In this document: piece after piece, positions 9,193 to 21,222 of the stretch
Numbering within the stretch: position 1 is the first letter of the stretch
How the letters are laid out: the number at the start of each line of letters is the position of its first letter
Origin: Spirochaetia bacterium
GTDB taxonomy: Bacteria > Spirochaetota > Spirochaetia > UBA9216
Direction of reading: 5' to 3'
Length of the DNA: 64,000 nucleotides
Assembly (NCBI GenBank): GCA_965140585.1
Contig: OZ223269.1
Coordinates: forward strand, 1 to 64,000
The notes under the pieces: model-generated
Database searches by the model: none
The model's input: only the letters and a program-made list of their open reading frames with translations
Told to the model about the DNA's origin: nothing
Program-made: the position numbers and the translations under genes

Positions 9193-9699
9193 ATGTCATA
9201 TCAGGAAAAAAGAACCATTATGGGTATTATTACCGGAATTGCTTTTATAATTATCTATCTTTTCTATATAACTGGTAAGTACAGCAGCGGAATACTGGCT
9301 CTTGATGATTATCGGGGTCTGGCGATTTCAATGCTCAAGTTCACAGGAATTAGTGTTGTGCTTATAATTATCAGCCAGATTCTGTTTCATATATTCATGT
9401 CCATAGGGATGGCTGCGGTAAGTGCGGTCAGGGACAAGGTCTGTGATGAAAAGGAAATTGAGAGAAACATCAAGATTGAAATGACCGAAGATGAACGCGA
9501 CAAACTGATTGATCTTAAGTCTGTCAGAATCAGTTTTGTGATATCAGGGGTCGGTTTTATTGCGGCGCTCTTTTCGATTGTCCTTAACTACTCGCCGGCA
9601 GTAATGATGAATATAATGTTCCTGGCGTTTTTTACAGGGAGTATAGTCGAAGGTATTGCTAAACTTGTTTACTACAGGATGGGTAATGTCCATGCCTGA
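9193..9699 (+). CDS. Four-TM membrane protein (DERD motif) coupled to an XRE regulator
   Basis: Four hydrophobic segments, EDERDKLI loop. Confidence 0.75.
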   Translation: MSYQEKRTIMGIITGIAFIIIYLFYITGKYSSGILALDDYRGLAISMLKFTGISVVLIIISQILFHIFMSIGMAAVSAVRDKVCDEKEIERNIKIEMTEDERDKLIDLKSVRISFVISGVGFIAALFSIVLNYSPAVMMNIMFLAFFTGSIVEGIAKLVYYRMGNVHA

Positions 9700-9910
9700 A
9701 AAAATCATACTCACAAATAATATAAGGCAGCTTAGATTTTTCAACGATGAAATGACCCAGGCCTCCCTTGCAGAGGCTGCCGGGGTCTCAAGGCAGACTA
9801 TAGTGGCTCTTGAGGCGGGTAAGTATTCCCCGTCTCTTGAGCTGGCATTCAGGATTTCCGATGTATTTAATGTTCCTATAACTGATGTTTTCGGACATGA
9901 GAAACTTTAA
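9692..9910 (+). CDS. XRE-family helix-turn-helix regulator
   Basis: MTQASLAEAAGVSRQTIVALEAGKYSPSLELAFRIS. Confidence 0.92.
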   Translation: MPEKIILTNNIRQLRFFNDEMTQASLAEAAGVSRQTIVALEAGKYSPSLELAFRISDVFNVPITDVFGHEKL

Positions 9911-9972
9911 TACCTGACAGTTTGACTTAATAAATTCTATACTGCATACTTCAAATGAGGAGCAGTTTGATC

Positions 9973-10770
9973 ATGAAAAATAAAGCACAGATTATATACT
10001 TTTCTCATGGCGGCGGTCCAATGTCTATTATCGGTGAGCCGTCTCATCAAAAGATGGTTGATTTTATGCGGAAGCTTCCGGAAATAATCAGGAAACCGAA
10101 AGCCATTATTGTAATCAGTGCTCACTGGGAAGAACGTGTTCCCACCCTGCTCGGCAGTGAAGCCCCTTCCATGTATTATGATTACTACGGCTTCCCTTCT
10201 GAAACCTACTCCGTCCAGTATCCGGCTCCGGGTAATCCTGAACTTGCAGAAAGAACCTCAGCTTTGCTTCAGAGTGCTGGCATAGGTGCTGATATCGATA
10301 CACAGAGAGGCTTCGATCACGGCCTGTTTATTCCATTAATGATGATGTATCCCGATGCGGATATTCCGTCAATTCAGCTCTCGCTGATTAAGGGGCTTGA
10401 TGCAGGAAAGCATCTGTCTCTGGGGAAGGCACTTAAATCCTTGCTCGATGAAGATATTTTAATCATAGGCTCCGGATTCTCCTTTCATAACATGGATGCA
10501 TTTACTTTTTCAACCGACGGTGAGGCTGATGAGCGAAACGACTCGTTTCAGAACTGGCTTATAGATGTATGTACAGGTGAGTATTCAGCCGATGAACGTG
10601 AATCAATGCTGACACAGTGGCAGAATGCCACCGGCGCCCGATACTGTCATCCCCGTGAGGAGCATCTGCTGCCGCTTCATGTCTGCCAGGCTATGGCCGG
10701 TACCGGGGGCGAGCTTGTTTTTCATGATTATATTGCAGGGAAGCGGGCGGTCGCATTTCTGTGGCGCTGA
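9973..10770 (+). CDS. DODA/LigB-family extradiol ring-cleavage dioxygenase
   Basis: SHGGGP, SAHWE, YYDYYGFP, RGFDHG, GSGFSFHN, HPREEHLLPL. Confidence 0.9.
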   Translation: MKNKAQIIYFSHGGGPMSIIGEPSHQKMVDFMRKLPEIIRKPKAIIVISAHWEERVPTLLGSEAPSMYYDYYGFPSETYSVQYPAPGNPELAERTSALLQSAGIGADIDTQRGFDHGLFIPLMMMYPDADIPSIQLSLIKGLDAGKHLSLGKALKSLLDEDILIIGSGFSFHNMDAFTFSTDGEADERNDSFQNWLIDVCTGEYSADERESMLTQWQNATGARYCHPREEHLLPLHVCQAMAGTGGELVFHDYIAGKRAVAFLWR

Positions 10771-10927
10771 CACCGTGAATTGTTAAATCTTATAATGAAT
10801 CATTAAATAAATGTTCATTTAAAATGAAAAAATCTGCCCAAGACTTATGGATCCTTAATTCAAAAATTACTATGATGTTATAAGACAGCGGATATTTGTT
10901 GCTTTCCATTGTTCGGAGTTTAAATTC

Positions 10928-11779
10928 ATGACAAATGTGCATAAACATCTTAAAACCCGGTTATCAGGCATAGTTATATTCTTTTTAATGTTTCTGCTTC
11001 CCAATGCCTCTCTGTTTGCAGAAGGCGAGGATGTTTCGGGAACACTTTTCAACCATGTCCTTGACGGGCAGGAACTTGACCTTTTTCCTTTTTTACCTGC
11101 AATAGAGCTCCCTGAGTGGATGAGTGTTCACCAGTTTATGCTTGCACTCGCAACCATTATCATTCTTATAGTTTTTGCAGCAGTAACCCGAAAAGGGATT
11201 ATCAAACCTGGAAAGCTTCTAATCGGTGTTGAAACAATAGTTTTATTTGTACGTGATGATGTAGTATATCCTGTGATGGGTGAGGAAAAGGGAAAGAAAT
11301 GGATGCCCTTTTTTACCAGCATCTTTTTTTACCTTCTTTTTATTAACTTCCTGGGACTTATTCCCGCCTTCAAGAGTGCAACAGGTAATATCAATGTTAC
11401 CGGGGCTCTGGCTGTTATAATATTCATTCTTACTTTTGCAGTCGGATTCAAGGAAGTCGGCTTTTTTCATTTCTTCAAAAACCTTATTCCTGAGGGAGCG
11501 CCCCTTCCGATAGGTATCTTTGTTGCGCTTCTTGAGTTTATAAGTCTTTTTACCAAGGCCATCGTTCTTGCACTGCGTCTTTTTGCAAACATGTTTGCCG
11601 GTCATCTGGCAATTCTGTCTTTCCTTGTTCTTATTTTTGTAATCAGCCCTTTTTTCAGCATGGTATCTGTTCCTTTCGCAGTATTTACATATGTGCTTGA
11701 GGTGCTGGTGGCCTTTCTTCAGGCTTATGTTTTTACCCTGCTAAGCTGTATTTTTATCGGAATGGCCGGCTCGCATTAA
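10928..11779 (+). CDS. atpB: F1Fo ATP synthase subunit a
   Basis: NFLGLIP, SATGNINVT, LALRLFANMFAGH (essential Arg), VAFLQAYVF; start codon uncertain. Confidence 0.95.
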   Translation: MTNVHKHLKTRLSGIVIFFLMFLLPNASLFAEGEDVSGTLFNHVLDGQELDLFPFLPAIELPEWMSVHQFMLALATIIILIVFAAVTRKGIIKPGKLLIGVETIVLFVRDDVVYPVMGEEKGKKWMPFFTSIFFYLLFINFLGLIPAFKSATGNINVTGALAVIIFILTFAVGFKEVGFFHFFKNLIPEGAPLPIGIFVALLEFISLFTKAIVLALRLFANMFAGHLAILSFLVLIFVISPFFSMVSVPFAVFTYVLEVLVAFLQAYVFTLLSCIFIGMAGSH

Positions 11780-11865
11780 GCTGTGGTTATTATTTTGAAA
11801 ATAACTGCTGTAATTTTATTTTCAGCGGTTTTAAATAATTTGATAGTAAAATCTAAGGAGTAAAT

Positions 11866-12096
11866 ATGGATCTTACAATGTTAGCACGTGCAATTGCTAT
11901 TCTCGGTGCCGGTATTGGTATAGCTGGAGGCAGTATTGGAATTGGTCTGGTAGGATCAAAAGCGCTTGATGCAATTGCCAGACAGCCGCAGGAGAAGAAG
12001 GACCTCAGATCTAACATGATTCTGGCCGCAGCACTCATAGAGGGTCTTGCGTTTTTCGGTGCAATTATCGCACTTCTTGTTGTCTTCATGAAATAG
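11866..12096 (+). CDS. atpE: F1Fo ATP synthase subunit c
   Basis: GxGxG helix, ARQP loop, ALIEG carboxylate. Confidence 0.96.
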   Translation: MDLTMLARAIAILGAGIGIAGGSIGIGLVGSKALDAIARQPQEKKDLRSNMILAAALIEGLAFFGAIIALLVVFMK

Positions 12097-12102
12097 TAAA
12101 CG

Positions 12103-12585
12103 ATGGATTTATTTAAACTGGAACCCGGTCTTGCGATATGGACCTGGATAACATTCGGAATTCTCTTTTTCATTCTCTGGAAATTTGTTCTGCCTATAAT
12201 TCTCGGCAATATAACCAAACGTGAAGAATATATCTCATCTGCGGTGGACAATGCTTCAAAAATAGAGAACCGTCTGAAAGAAGTCCAGGATGAACGTGAG
12301 GCTATAATTAAAGCGGCGAACAAGGAAGCCGATGAAATACTCCACAGAACAAGGGATGATGCCGAGGCTCTCCGTAAAAATCTTGTAAAAAAGGCGGAGG
12401 ATGAGGCAGCTTCCATAATAGAGCAGGCAAAACAGTCTGCTGTAGAGGAAAGGGCGACCGCTCTTCAGTCTCTGCAGGATGAAATCGCTGATTTGATTTG
12501 TGAAGCCTCCGATACGGTTGTCGGAATGGCTGTTACAGGCGAAAAGGAAAAAGCCTGGGCAAGGGAGACTGTTAAAGCCTTATGA
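12103..12585 (+). CDS. atpF: F1Fo ATP synthase subunit b
   Basis: N-terminal TM (WTWITFGILFFILWKFV), coiled coil, operon position. Confidence 0.93.
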   Translation: MDLFKLEPGLAIWTWITFGILFFILWKFVLPIILGNITKREEYISSAVDNASKIENRLKEVQDEREAIIKAANKEADEILHRTRDDAEALRKNLVKKAEDEAASIIEQAKQSAVEERATALQSLQDEIADLICEASDTVVGMAVTGEKEKAWARETVKAL

Positions 12586-13112
12586 GCGGAGTTAAAGTCG
12601 TAAGGCGCTATGCCCGTGCTCTGTATGAGTCATCCTCGGAATCAGGGAAGCTTACCGAAGCAAAATCCGATATGGATTTTATCGGAAAACTTGTTTCAGA
12701 AGTACCCGAGATAAGATCGTTCTGTATGAACCAGCACAGCAGAAACAGTGAAAGGGAATTTATAGATACGGCATTCAGGCCGTATGTCAGCGAAGCAACA
12801 TCCAGAATGATGGATGTCCTCTGTGAAAACGGAAGGTTGGCGGCAATTCCCTTTCTTCCTGAAGCTTTCAGTTCTCAGGAAGACATAGAGAACGGCCTTA
12901 CCCCGCTGATAATTGAGACAGCAAATCAGCTCTCTGAAGAGACTGTCGCTGAGATAGAGAAAAAGATGAGTGCCAGAATCGGCAGCAAAATCAGATCTGA
13001 ACTTCGGATCAATAAGGCTCTCATCGGCGGCTTCAGGCTTACCTGGCAGAACCGGCGGATAGATATGTCGCTGAAGGGACGTCTGAAAACCTTGAAAACA
13101 TTACTGAAATAG
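12582..13112 (+). CDS. atpH: F1Fo ATP synthase subunit delta
   Basis: RRYARAL, LIGGF...IDMSLKGRL; operon position. Confidence 0.92.
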   Translation: MSGVKVVRRYARALYESSSESGKLTEAKSDMDFIGKLVSEVPEIRSFCMNQHSRNSEREFIDTAFRPYVSEATSRMMDVLCENGRLAAIPFLPEAFSSQEDIENGLTPLIIETANQLSEETVAEIEKKMSARIGSKIRSELRINKALIGGFRLTWQNRRIDMSLKGRLKTLKTLLK

Positions 13113-13123
13113 CAGGAAAAGAT

Positions 13124-15307
13124 ATGAGAGAAGATATTAAACCGGCTGAAATTCTTGAGATCCTTAAAAGCAGGATATCCGGATTTTCCCCTTCAACAGG
13201 CGAATCTGAAATCGGCAGAGTAATTCAGGCCGGTGACGGTATTGCACAGGTATGGGGACTCGATAACATCCTTTCAGGAGAGCTGGTAGAGATTGATATA
13301 GAGGACGGCAGTATTGTTCACGGCATGGTTATGAACCTCGAAGAGGAAACCGTCGGAGTAATTCTGTTTTCTGATTATGAGAAAGTTGTAGAAGGCTCCA
13401 ATGTCCGCCGGACAAAGAGAGTAGCTGAAGTTCCGGCAGGAATGGAGCTTCTTGGCAGGGTTGTAGATCCTCTCGGCAATTCACTTGACGGTCTTGGGGT
13501 AATTAAAACCGATACCATGAACAGGGTAGAAGTGAAGGGCCCCGGAATAGTTGCCAGGCGTAACGTTGAAGAGCCCCTCCAGACCGGTATCAAGGCTATC
13601 GATGCTATGATTCCAATCGGCCGTGGTCAGCGTGAACTGATAATCGGCGACCGTAGAACCGGAAAGACAACAATTGCAATTGATACCATCATCAACCAGT
13701 CAAAGACCGAGGGTGCAGACCGGGTTTACTGTGTCTATGTTGCAATCGGTCAGAAGCGCTCATCGGTTGTTCAGCTTGCTGAAACTTTCAAGAAGCATAA
13801 TGTTATGCAGAATACAATTATTGTAGCTGCAACAAGCTCGGATCCTGCCTCGCTGCAGTATCTTGCTCCCTATGCGGCAACCGCTATGGCGGAATATTTC
13901 CGCGACAATGGAATGCATGCCCTTGTGGTTTTTGATGATCTAACCAAGCATTCACAGGCTTACAGAGAGCTTTCGCTTCTTATGCGCCGCTCACCGGGGC
14001 GTGAAGCCTATCCGGGCGATATCTTCTACCTTCACTCAAGGCTCCTTGAGAGAGCCGCAAAAATGAGCGATGAACTAGGCGGTGGCTCACTTACAGCGCT
14101 TCCAATTATAGAAACACAGGAAGGCGATGTTTCGGCATACATTCCTACTAATATAATTTCAATCACTGACGGACAGATCTTTCTTGAAGCGGATCTTTTT
14201 AACTCGGGACTCCGTCCGGCTATTAATGTCGGTATCTCGGTTTCCCGTGTCGGCGGTGATGCGCAGCTTAAGGCCATGAAGCAGACCGCAAGCTCGCTCC
14301 GTATAGATCTGGCTCAGTTCAGGGAGCTTGCCGCCTTCATGCAGTTCTCTTCCGACCTTGATGCTTCTACGAAGCAGCAGCTTAACCGCGGTGAAAGACT
14401 GACCGAGATCCTCAAGCAGCACCAGTATGCGCCTATCGATGTATTTAAACAGATAATGATTCTGAAGGCCGGAACCTCCGGGCGACTTGATAAATACAAG
14501 ACTGCAAAGCTTCTTCATTATCAGTCTGAGCTTTTTGACTATCTTGAATCTGATTGTGCATCCTTCATGGAGAAGCTTCGCAGCGAAAAGGCCTTCACTA
14601 AAGAGCTTGAGGCAGAAGTTGAGAAAATCTTTGACAAATTTGAAGAGAAGTTCAGAGAGGATTCTGCAGACAGCGACATTGATTCCGGTTATACACTTAA
14701 TCTCTCAATGGCTCTAAGTCAGCGTACTTCCAGAATCAGCAGGGATATGTTCAAGCTTGTCGAACGTCTTACAGCAAGAGAGCTTGCATCACCTTCACTG
14801 GAAACTGAACTTGAAGAAATTATGACCGGAAAAGACCAGGTTGAAACAGACCGCTTTGAAGACCTTGTACTTTCATGTGAGATTCTCGATTATGATAAGA
14901 GCAATGATCTCAAGAAGCTTTTCTCTACCGCTGCAGAGCATCTTCAGTATGATCAGATGAGCAAGTCCGATATAAATAAGAAACTTATAGCCAGGGAAGA
15001 ATCCTCTTCAACAGCGCTAAGTCCATATTTTGCAATACCTCATATAGTTGTCGAAGGTGAGAATATCTTCAAGATGCTGATTGTCCGCTCAAAGAAGGGT
15101 ATAAAGTTCAACGATCAGATGTCGGAAGTTCATTCCATTTTCTTCCTTGCAGGCTCGCAGGATCAGAGACACTTTCACCTGGTTGTAATATCTTCACTCG
15201 CACAGATTGTTCAGAACCAGGCATTTGAGAAGAACTGGCTGGAAGTTGAGAACGCGGATGATATCAGAAAACTGATTATTGATATAAAAAGAAGCATAGG
15301 CAAGTAA
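13124..15307 (+). CDS. atpA: F1 ATP synthase subunit alpha fused to a C-terminal PTS EIIA (fructose/mannitol/Ntr-type) domain
   Basis: [45 protein letters not shown] in aa 1-~510; extension contains [38 protein letters not shown]. Confidence 0.93.
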   Translation: MREDIKPAEILEILKSRISGFSPSTGESEIGRVIQAGDGIAQVWGLDNILSGELVEIDIEDGSIVHGMVMNLEEETVGVILFSDYEKVVEGSNVRRTKRVAEVPAGMELLGRVVDPLGNSLDGLGVIKTDTMNRVEVKGPGIVARRNVEEPLQTGIKAIDAMIPIGRGQRELIIGDRRTGKTTIAIDTIINQSKTEGADRVYCVYVAIGQKRSSVVQLAETFKKHNVMQNTIIVAATSSDPASLQYLAPYAATAMAEYFRDNGMHALVVFDDLTKHSQAYRELSLLMRRSPGREAYPGDIFYLHSRLLERAAKMSDELGGGSLTALPIIETQEGDVSAYIPTNIISITDGQIFLEADLFNSGLRPAINVGISVSRVGGDAQLKAMKQTASSLRIDLAQFRELAAFMQFSSDLDASTKQQLNRGERLTEILKQHQYAPIDVFKQIMILKAGTSGRLDKYKTAKLLHYQSELFDYLESDCASFMEKLRSEKAFTKELEAEVEKIFDKFEEKFREDSADSDIDSGYTLNLSMALSQRTSRISRDMFKLVERLTARELASPSLETELEEIMTGKDQVETDRFEDLVLSCEILDYDKSNDLKKLFSTAAEHLQYDQMSKSDINKKLIAREESSSTALSPYFAIPHIVVEGENIFKMLIVRSKKGIKFNDQMSEVHSIFFLAGSQDQRHFHLVVISSLAQIVQNQAFEKNWLEVENADDIRKLIIDIKRSIGK

Positions 15308-15317
15308 ACGGTTTATT

Positions 15318-16214
15318 ATGAGTAATGTAAGAGACCTTGGAAGGAAAATAGGCTCGCTGCAGAATATGCAGAAGGTCACAAAGGCAATGAATATGATCTC
15401 CTCTATCAAGCTCCGGAAGCTTTATGGACTTCAGTCAGCCCTTAATACCTTCCATGCAAAAGCAGGGGAATTCTCAAACGAACTTATGGCTTCACTGCAG
15501 GGCCTGGTGCATCCTGTTGTAAGCGGATACCCGGAAGTGAAACGTGTGCATCTTGTAATGTTTACTGCAGATAAGGGCTTGTGCGGTACCCATAACAGTT
15601 CAGTAACAAAGGCTGTAGAACGGTTTATCAGTGAACAGCAGGAGCAGGATATTAAAGTTGAGGTGACAAGTATCGGCAACAAGGGTGCTGCTTTCTGCCG
15701 AAGAAAAGAATACGAAGTTTACCGAAAATCCGAGATAGCCGAAAAAACCTTTACAAAAGAACGCCTCAATGAGATGGCAACTGATATTTTCAAACGTTTT
15801 ATGAACGGTGATATTCAGAAGATCTATATTATAGGTAATATTTTCTATTCCGCTCTCCAGCAGGAGACAGAGCTTAAGCAGATATTTCCTGTAATTATGG
15901 ATAAGTCTGAGTCAGAAGAGGCCGTAGATGATGCAAAATCAGAAGCGGCTACCGGCCCGATTCAGATTGAACCCTCCGGTGATGAACTGGCTGTATCCGC
16001 CGGTTATCTCATGTTTAAATACAGGATGAATTCCTACCTGCTGCATTCTCTTTTAAGCGAGCATTCATCAAGAATGACTGCAATGGAAAATGCAACGAAC
16101 AACTCGGAAGATCTTATCAACAAGTATATGACAATGCAGAACCATGCCAGACAGGCTACTATAACCAATGAACTGATAGAGATTGTCTCAGGCAAGGAAG
16201 CATTAAAGGGATAA
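15318..16214 (+). CDS. atpG: F1 ATP synthase subunit gamma
   Basis: KVTKAMNMIS, DKGLCG, SEHSSRMTAMENAT, RQATITNELIEIVSG. Confidence 0.95.
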   Translation: MSNVRDLGRKIGSLQNMQKVTKAMNMISSIKLRKLYGLQSALNTFHAKAGEFSNELMASLQGLVHPVVSGYPEVKRVHLVMFTADKGLCGTHNSSVTKAVERFISEQQEQDIKVEVTSIGNKGAAFCRRKEYEVYRKSEIAEKTFTKERLNEMATDIFKRFMNGDIQKIYIIGNIFYSALQQETELKQIFPVIMDKSESEEAVDDAKSEAATGPIQIEPSGDELAVSAGYLMFKYRMNSYLLHSLLSEHSSRMTAMENATNNSEDLINKYMTMQNHARQATITNELIEIVSGKEALKG

Positions 16215-17878
<1,664 letters not shown>

Positions 17879-18254
17879 TATCAGCTTCTGTAAATAGTTT
17901 ACAGCCGGTTTACATTATGGCAACAAATTCTATCCTCTGCACAAATTCAGCTTTAATATGAAATTCATGTGTGCAAATTTCCACCAAGCTTTTATTCCCT
18001 GAATTTGTAATCCTGACAATAGAGTCTTATGTTATTTACATAACTTATTGAACAGGAATTCTAAATTGAAAAGAAAAATTATTGCAGCAGCAGCTGTATG
18101 CAACAGGTGCAGTTCTTGAAGGAACACTCAGCAGCAGTGAAAACGGCTTTGAAGTACAGACTTCCTTCAGATCAACTGAAGATATTAACGGATACTGGTT
18201 TCCGGAGAACTACAGAAGTTAACAAAACTTTAGATTTCTAAATATTTAAGCAGC

Positions 18255-18283
18255 CCTTTGGAGCATCAGTTTCAAAGGGCTTT
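18255..18283. terminator. Stem-loop between convergent units (likely terminator)
   Basis: AGCCCTTTGG...TCAAAGGGCT inverted repeat. Confidence 0.55.
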
Positions 18284-18285
18284 GT

Positions 18286-18738
18286 TTATTTTTGGTATTT
18301 ACCGAAAAGTTTTGAGAGCCCCCGGTGAAACTTGTGTATTGAATTAACCGGCTCTGCATACATCATAATACAGGCATGTGATACAACACTCATACCGTTC
18401 TCCTGGCAAAATTTAACCGCTTTTTCAGATTCAGCTCCCTGTTGCATCCATACCTTGTCTATTCCTAAATCATGCGCTTCCTGAACAAGTGTTTCTGTAA
18501 TTTCAGGTTTAACAACACATATTAAGGCTGAAGGTTTTTCGGGAATGTCAGCGAGAGCCTTATAGCAGGGATCTCCCTCAAAACTGTCCATTCCAGGATT
18601 CAGTCCGACTACGTTATAACCCTTTGATTTCAAATCTCTGTATACAGCACTGCCGAATTTATTAGGGTTTTTAGAAACTCCTGCAACGGCTATGGTTTCA
18701 GAACCTATAACTTGATCAATCTGTTCTCTCTGGCTCAT
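18286..18738 (-). CDS. CoA-binding protein (YccU-like)
   Basis: IAVAGVSKNPNKFG, KVWMQQG, ACIMM. Confidence 0.9.
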   Translation of the reverse strand: MSQREQIDQVIGSETIAVAGVSKNPNKFGSAVYRDLKSKGYNVVGLNPGMDSFEGDPCYKALADIPEKPSALICVVKPEITETLVQEAHDLGIDKVWMQQGAESEKAVKFCQENGMSVVSHACIMMYAEPVNSIHKFHRGLSKLFGKYQK

Positions 18739-19105
18739 CTGTACTCTCCATCACTGTAGCGGAGGTTGTTCCGTCAGTGTATTCAGATTTAATATCTGCA
18801 AAATATGATGCAGTGATTATTGCGGCGGCAATTACTATTCCCGGCAGAAGAAGAAATTTCTGGTGTCTTCGAAATCTTTCTGCAGCTGTGCCGGACTGAT
18901 CTTTGATAAATGCGGCTCTGAAGAAGCAAATAGTGCCGGCGGTAAAAAAGCAGAATAATGTTGCAGCAGGAGCAAATGTGCATACAGACCTGTATCCCAG
19001 TATATTCGGATAGCTGGCACCAGCCCTCGGGATCAGGGTGAAAATTCCTGCTAATGTGATTAGCACACTGGCTGTAAGAAGCAGTTTATAAGATAACCTG
19101 TGCAT
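18716..19105 (-). CDS. Small three-TM membrane protein with a C-terminal DGTTSAT motif
   Basis: Three hydrophobic helices, LGYRSVCTFAP; TTGACT-17-CATAAT promoter directly upstream. Confidence 0.7.
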   Translation of the reverse strand: MHRLSYKLLLTASVLITLAGIFTLIPRAGASYPNILGYRSVCTFAPAATLFCFFTAGTICFFRAAFIKDQSGTAAERFRRHQKFLLLPGIVIAAAIITASYFADIKSEYTDGTTSATVMESTDEPERTD

Positions 19106-19145
19106 ACAGATAATTATGAATCAGTTCTATTTATGAGTCAAATAA

Positions 19146-20654
19146 TTATTCTGTGGATTGCGGTAAATTGCTGAAGGTTGAGGTTTTATTTTTTCCGGTT
19201 CGTTTTGAGAAATACATGGCTGTGTCTGAGTTGTTTATAAGGTGATCCACATCCTTTATCTCACTGTCTCTGATACAGCTTACTCCCAGACTGATTGTGA
19301 ACTTTATATCATTGTCGCTCACAACTGCTTCCCTAAGTCTTTCCCCAATTTCAACGGCTTCGCGGCATTCAGTATGAGGCAGCATAATCACAAATTCCTC
19401 ACCCCCGTATCTGGCCAGAATGTCAATTTCTCTCAGCTGGTTAAGACATATTTCTGTCAGCCGGCATAGTGTCTCATCACCTGACTTATGTCCGTATTTG
19501 TCATTGATAATTTTAAAATTATCAATATCAAGCATGATGACTGAAACAGGATAATTGTATCGCAGAGCTTCCTTTATTTCCTTTTCACATTCAGTCATAA
19601 AGTATCTTCTATTGTAGACTCCAGTAAGCGGGTCTGTAACCGCCAGTTTTTCAAGTTTTATCCTGGCTGCGGTACGCTGTGTAATGTTGCTGAACACGTA
19701 TAGTGTGCAATGCTGTTTCTGATAGGGGATTATTTTCAGCTGATAGAAGCTTTCTCCAATGCTGATCTCATCAGTCCTTTCTCTTTCAAGAATTTCCGAA
19801 AGTTCCGGATATTCAGCAAGTCGATCACCAACTGATATATTGCTAAGAGGTGGAAAATACTCCGTAACAGCTGAATTGGTATTTATTACGATTCCATCGT
19901 CCGAAATTACTATGACAGCTTCCTCGATAGTATCAAGAATCATTTCGTGCGACAGTTCGCTGACCAGAAACAGCCTGTATCTGAACATCCCGGTTATATA
20001 ATTTATAACAAGCAGAAAATAGCTTATTGGTGAAAAATCAATATATCGCGGAAGTATACCTGCAATTGCGAGTATTGCGGCAATACAGGGTATAAGGATA
20101 CCTATTAACAGAAACCCCGCACGCTTCCTTGCATTTCGATCAAGAAGTTTCATACGGTAGATGAAGATAATTACACTGTACAGGGCGGCAGTAAACAGCA
20201 ACAGAGTTTGTACTGCATACCATGGACCGGGTTCAAGGATAAGAAGCGGAAATCCGTATGGACTGCCTGTAGTTACTGATCGATAGTAAAGATTATGTGC
20301 GCTGTTGGTCTGCAGAATAAAGAAGGTGGCGATATTGAGTGATAAAATTATTGCCCTGACAACTCTGTTTGCGATCTTTCTTTCATCAGTGTATTCGCTT
20401 GTAAACAGCATCAGAAGATAGGGATAGAAAGCGACTCCTATGTATTCGATTCTGATACAAAGAAACATCCTTTCCAGACTGTTTCCGATAAGCTCAAAAG
20501 CATAGCCGAATGAATGAATAACCATAGCAAGTACCAGTATTGAAAAAGTGCGTGCGCCTTTAACGTCTCTTTTTCTGAAACACCAGATACCAATAAAAAG
20601 CATGAGCGATGAAACGATAATTATCAGGATGCTAAGGTAATAATTCAGCCTCAT
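19146..20654 (-). CDS. 7TM (HisKA_7TM-like)-PAS-GGDEF diguanylate cyclase
   Basis: Seven TM segments, DPLTGVYNRR, DIDNFK.INDKYGH..GD, RYGGEEF. Confidence 0.9.
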   Translation of the reverse strand: MRLNYYLSILIIIVSSLMLFIGIWCFRKRDVKGARTFSILVLAMVIHSFGYAFELIGNSLERMFLCIRIEYIGVAFYPYLLMLFTSEYTDERKIANRVVRAIILSLNIATFFILQTNSAHNLYYRSVTTGSPYGFPLLILEPGPWYAVQTLLLFTAALYSVIIFIYRMKLLDRNARKRAGFLLIGILIPCIAAILAIAGILPRYIDFSPISYFLLVINYITGMFRYRLFLVSELSHEMILDTIEEAVIVISDDGIVINTNSAVTEYFPPLSNISVGDRLAEYPELSEILERERTDEISIGESFYQLKIIPYQKQHCTLYVFSNITQRTAARIKLEKLAVTDPLTGVYNRRYFMTECEKEIKEALRYNYPVSVIMLDIDNFKIINDKYGHKSGDETLCRLTEICLNQLREIDILARYGGEEFVIMLPHTECREAVEIGERLREAVVSDNDIKFTISLGVSCIRDSEIKDVDHLINNSDTAMYFSKRTGKNKTSTFSNLPQSTE

Positions 20655-20757
20655 ACAAGGATAATATAGTGAAACAGCTATCTGATGCAATGAATTATCC
20701 GATAGTATATGAATTATACGGAAATTGAGATATCATTCTTTCTGGAGAAGGTACAAT

Positions 20758-21222
20758 ATGCGTAAGTTAATATTCCCGATACTGATTACATTAATTCTAC
20801 TTATTTCATTTTCCTGCGCTACTACGCCGGAAGAAACTCCAGGCCCTGACCCGGAATCCGGGCGGTCTGAAACTCCTGCTGTTACGGTAAAAGCCGGCAA
20901 AACAGAGGCTGAAGACGCAAAAAAACTGGCCGGAACCTCACAGGAAAAGGCTGTTGAACTTAAAGCTCCAAAAGCTGCTCCTGATGAATACGGCAAGGCT
21001 ATGGAGTATTATGAACATGCAGATGATGCATTCGCCGATGAAAATTATTCGGATGCATTTGAACTATACAGTCTCGCCTCTGAGAAGTTTGATGAATCGG
21101 CCGATATTGCTCTGAAAAAAAGAGAAGAAGCTATTGCGGCCATGAAGGCGGCGGATGATGCAATTTCCAAAACAGAAAAAAACAGTGAGGATGCTCTTGA
21201 GGAAACCGGAGGAGATGAATGA
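20758..21222 (+). CDS. Helical lipoprotein (DUF4398-like)
   Basis: SFSC lipobox, Ala/Glu-rich helices; overlaps the LysM gene start. Confidence 0.7.
   Translation: MRKLIFPILITLILLISFSCATTPEETPGPDPESGRSETPAVTVKAGKTEAEDAKKLAGTSQEKAVELKAPKAAPDEYGKAMEYYEHADDAFADENYSDAFELYSLASEKFDESADIALKKREEAIAAMKAADDAISKTEKNSEDALEETGGDE

Noticed and set aside
11866-12096. Na+-translocating or N-type ATPase
   Set aside because: No Gln/Glu-Ser(Thr) Na+ signature in subunit c, and gene order is the standard BEFHAGDC rather than N-ATPase order
14651-15307. EIIA as a separate gene merged with atpA by a lost stop
   Set aside because: Frame is continuous through an ordered linker with no obvious strong RBS and start before the domain; not fully excluded without reads or homologs
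18067-18222. Small gene after atpC
   Set aside because: Only short broken frames (LKRKIIAAAAV..., EGTLSS...GYWFPENY); may be a relic but cannot be assigned
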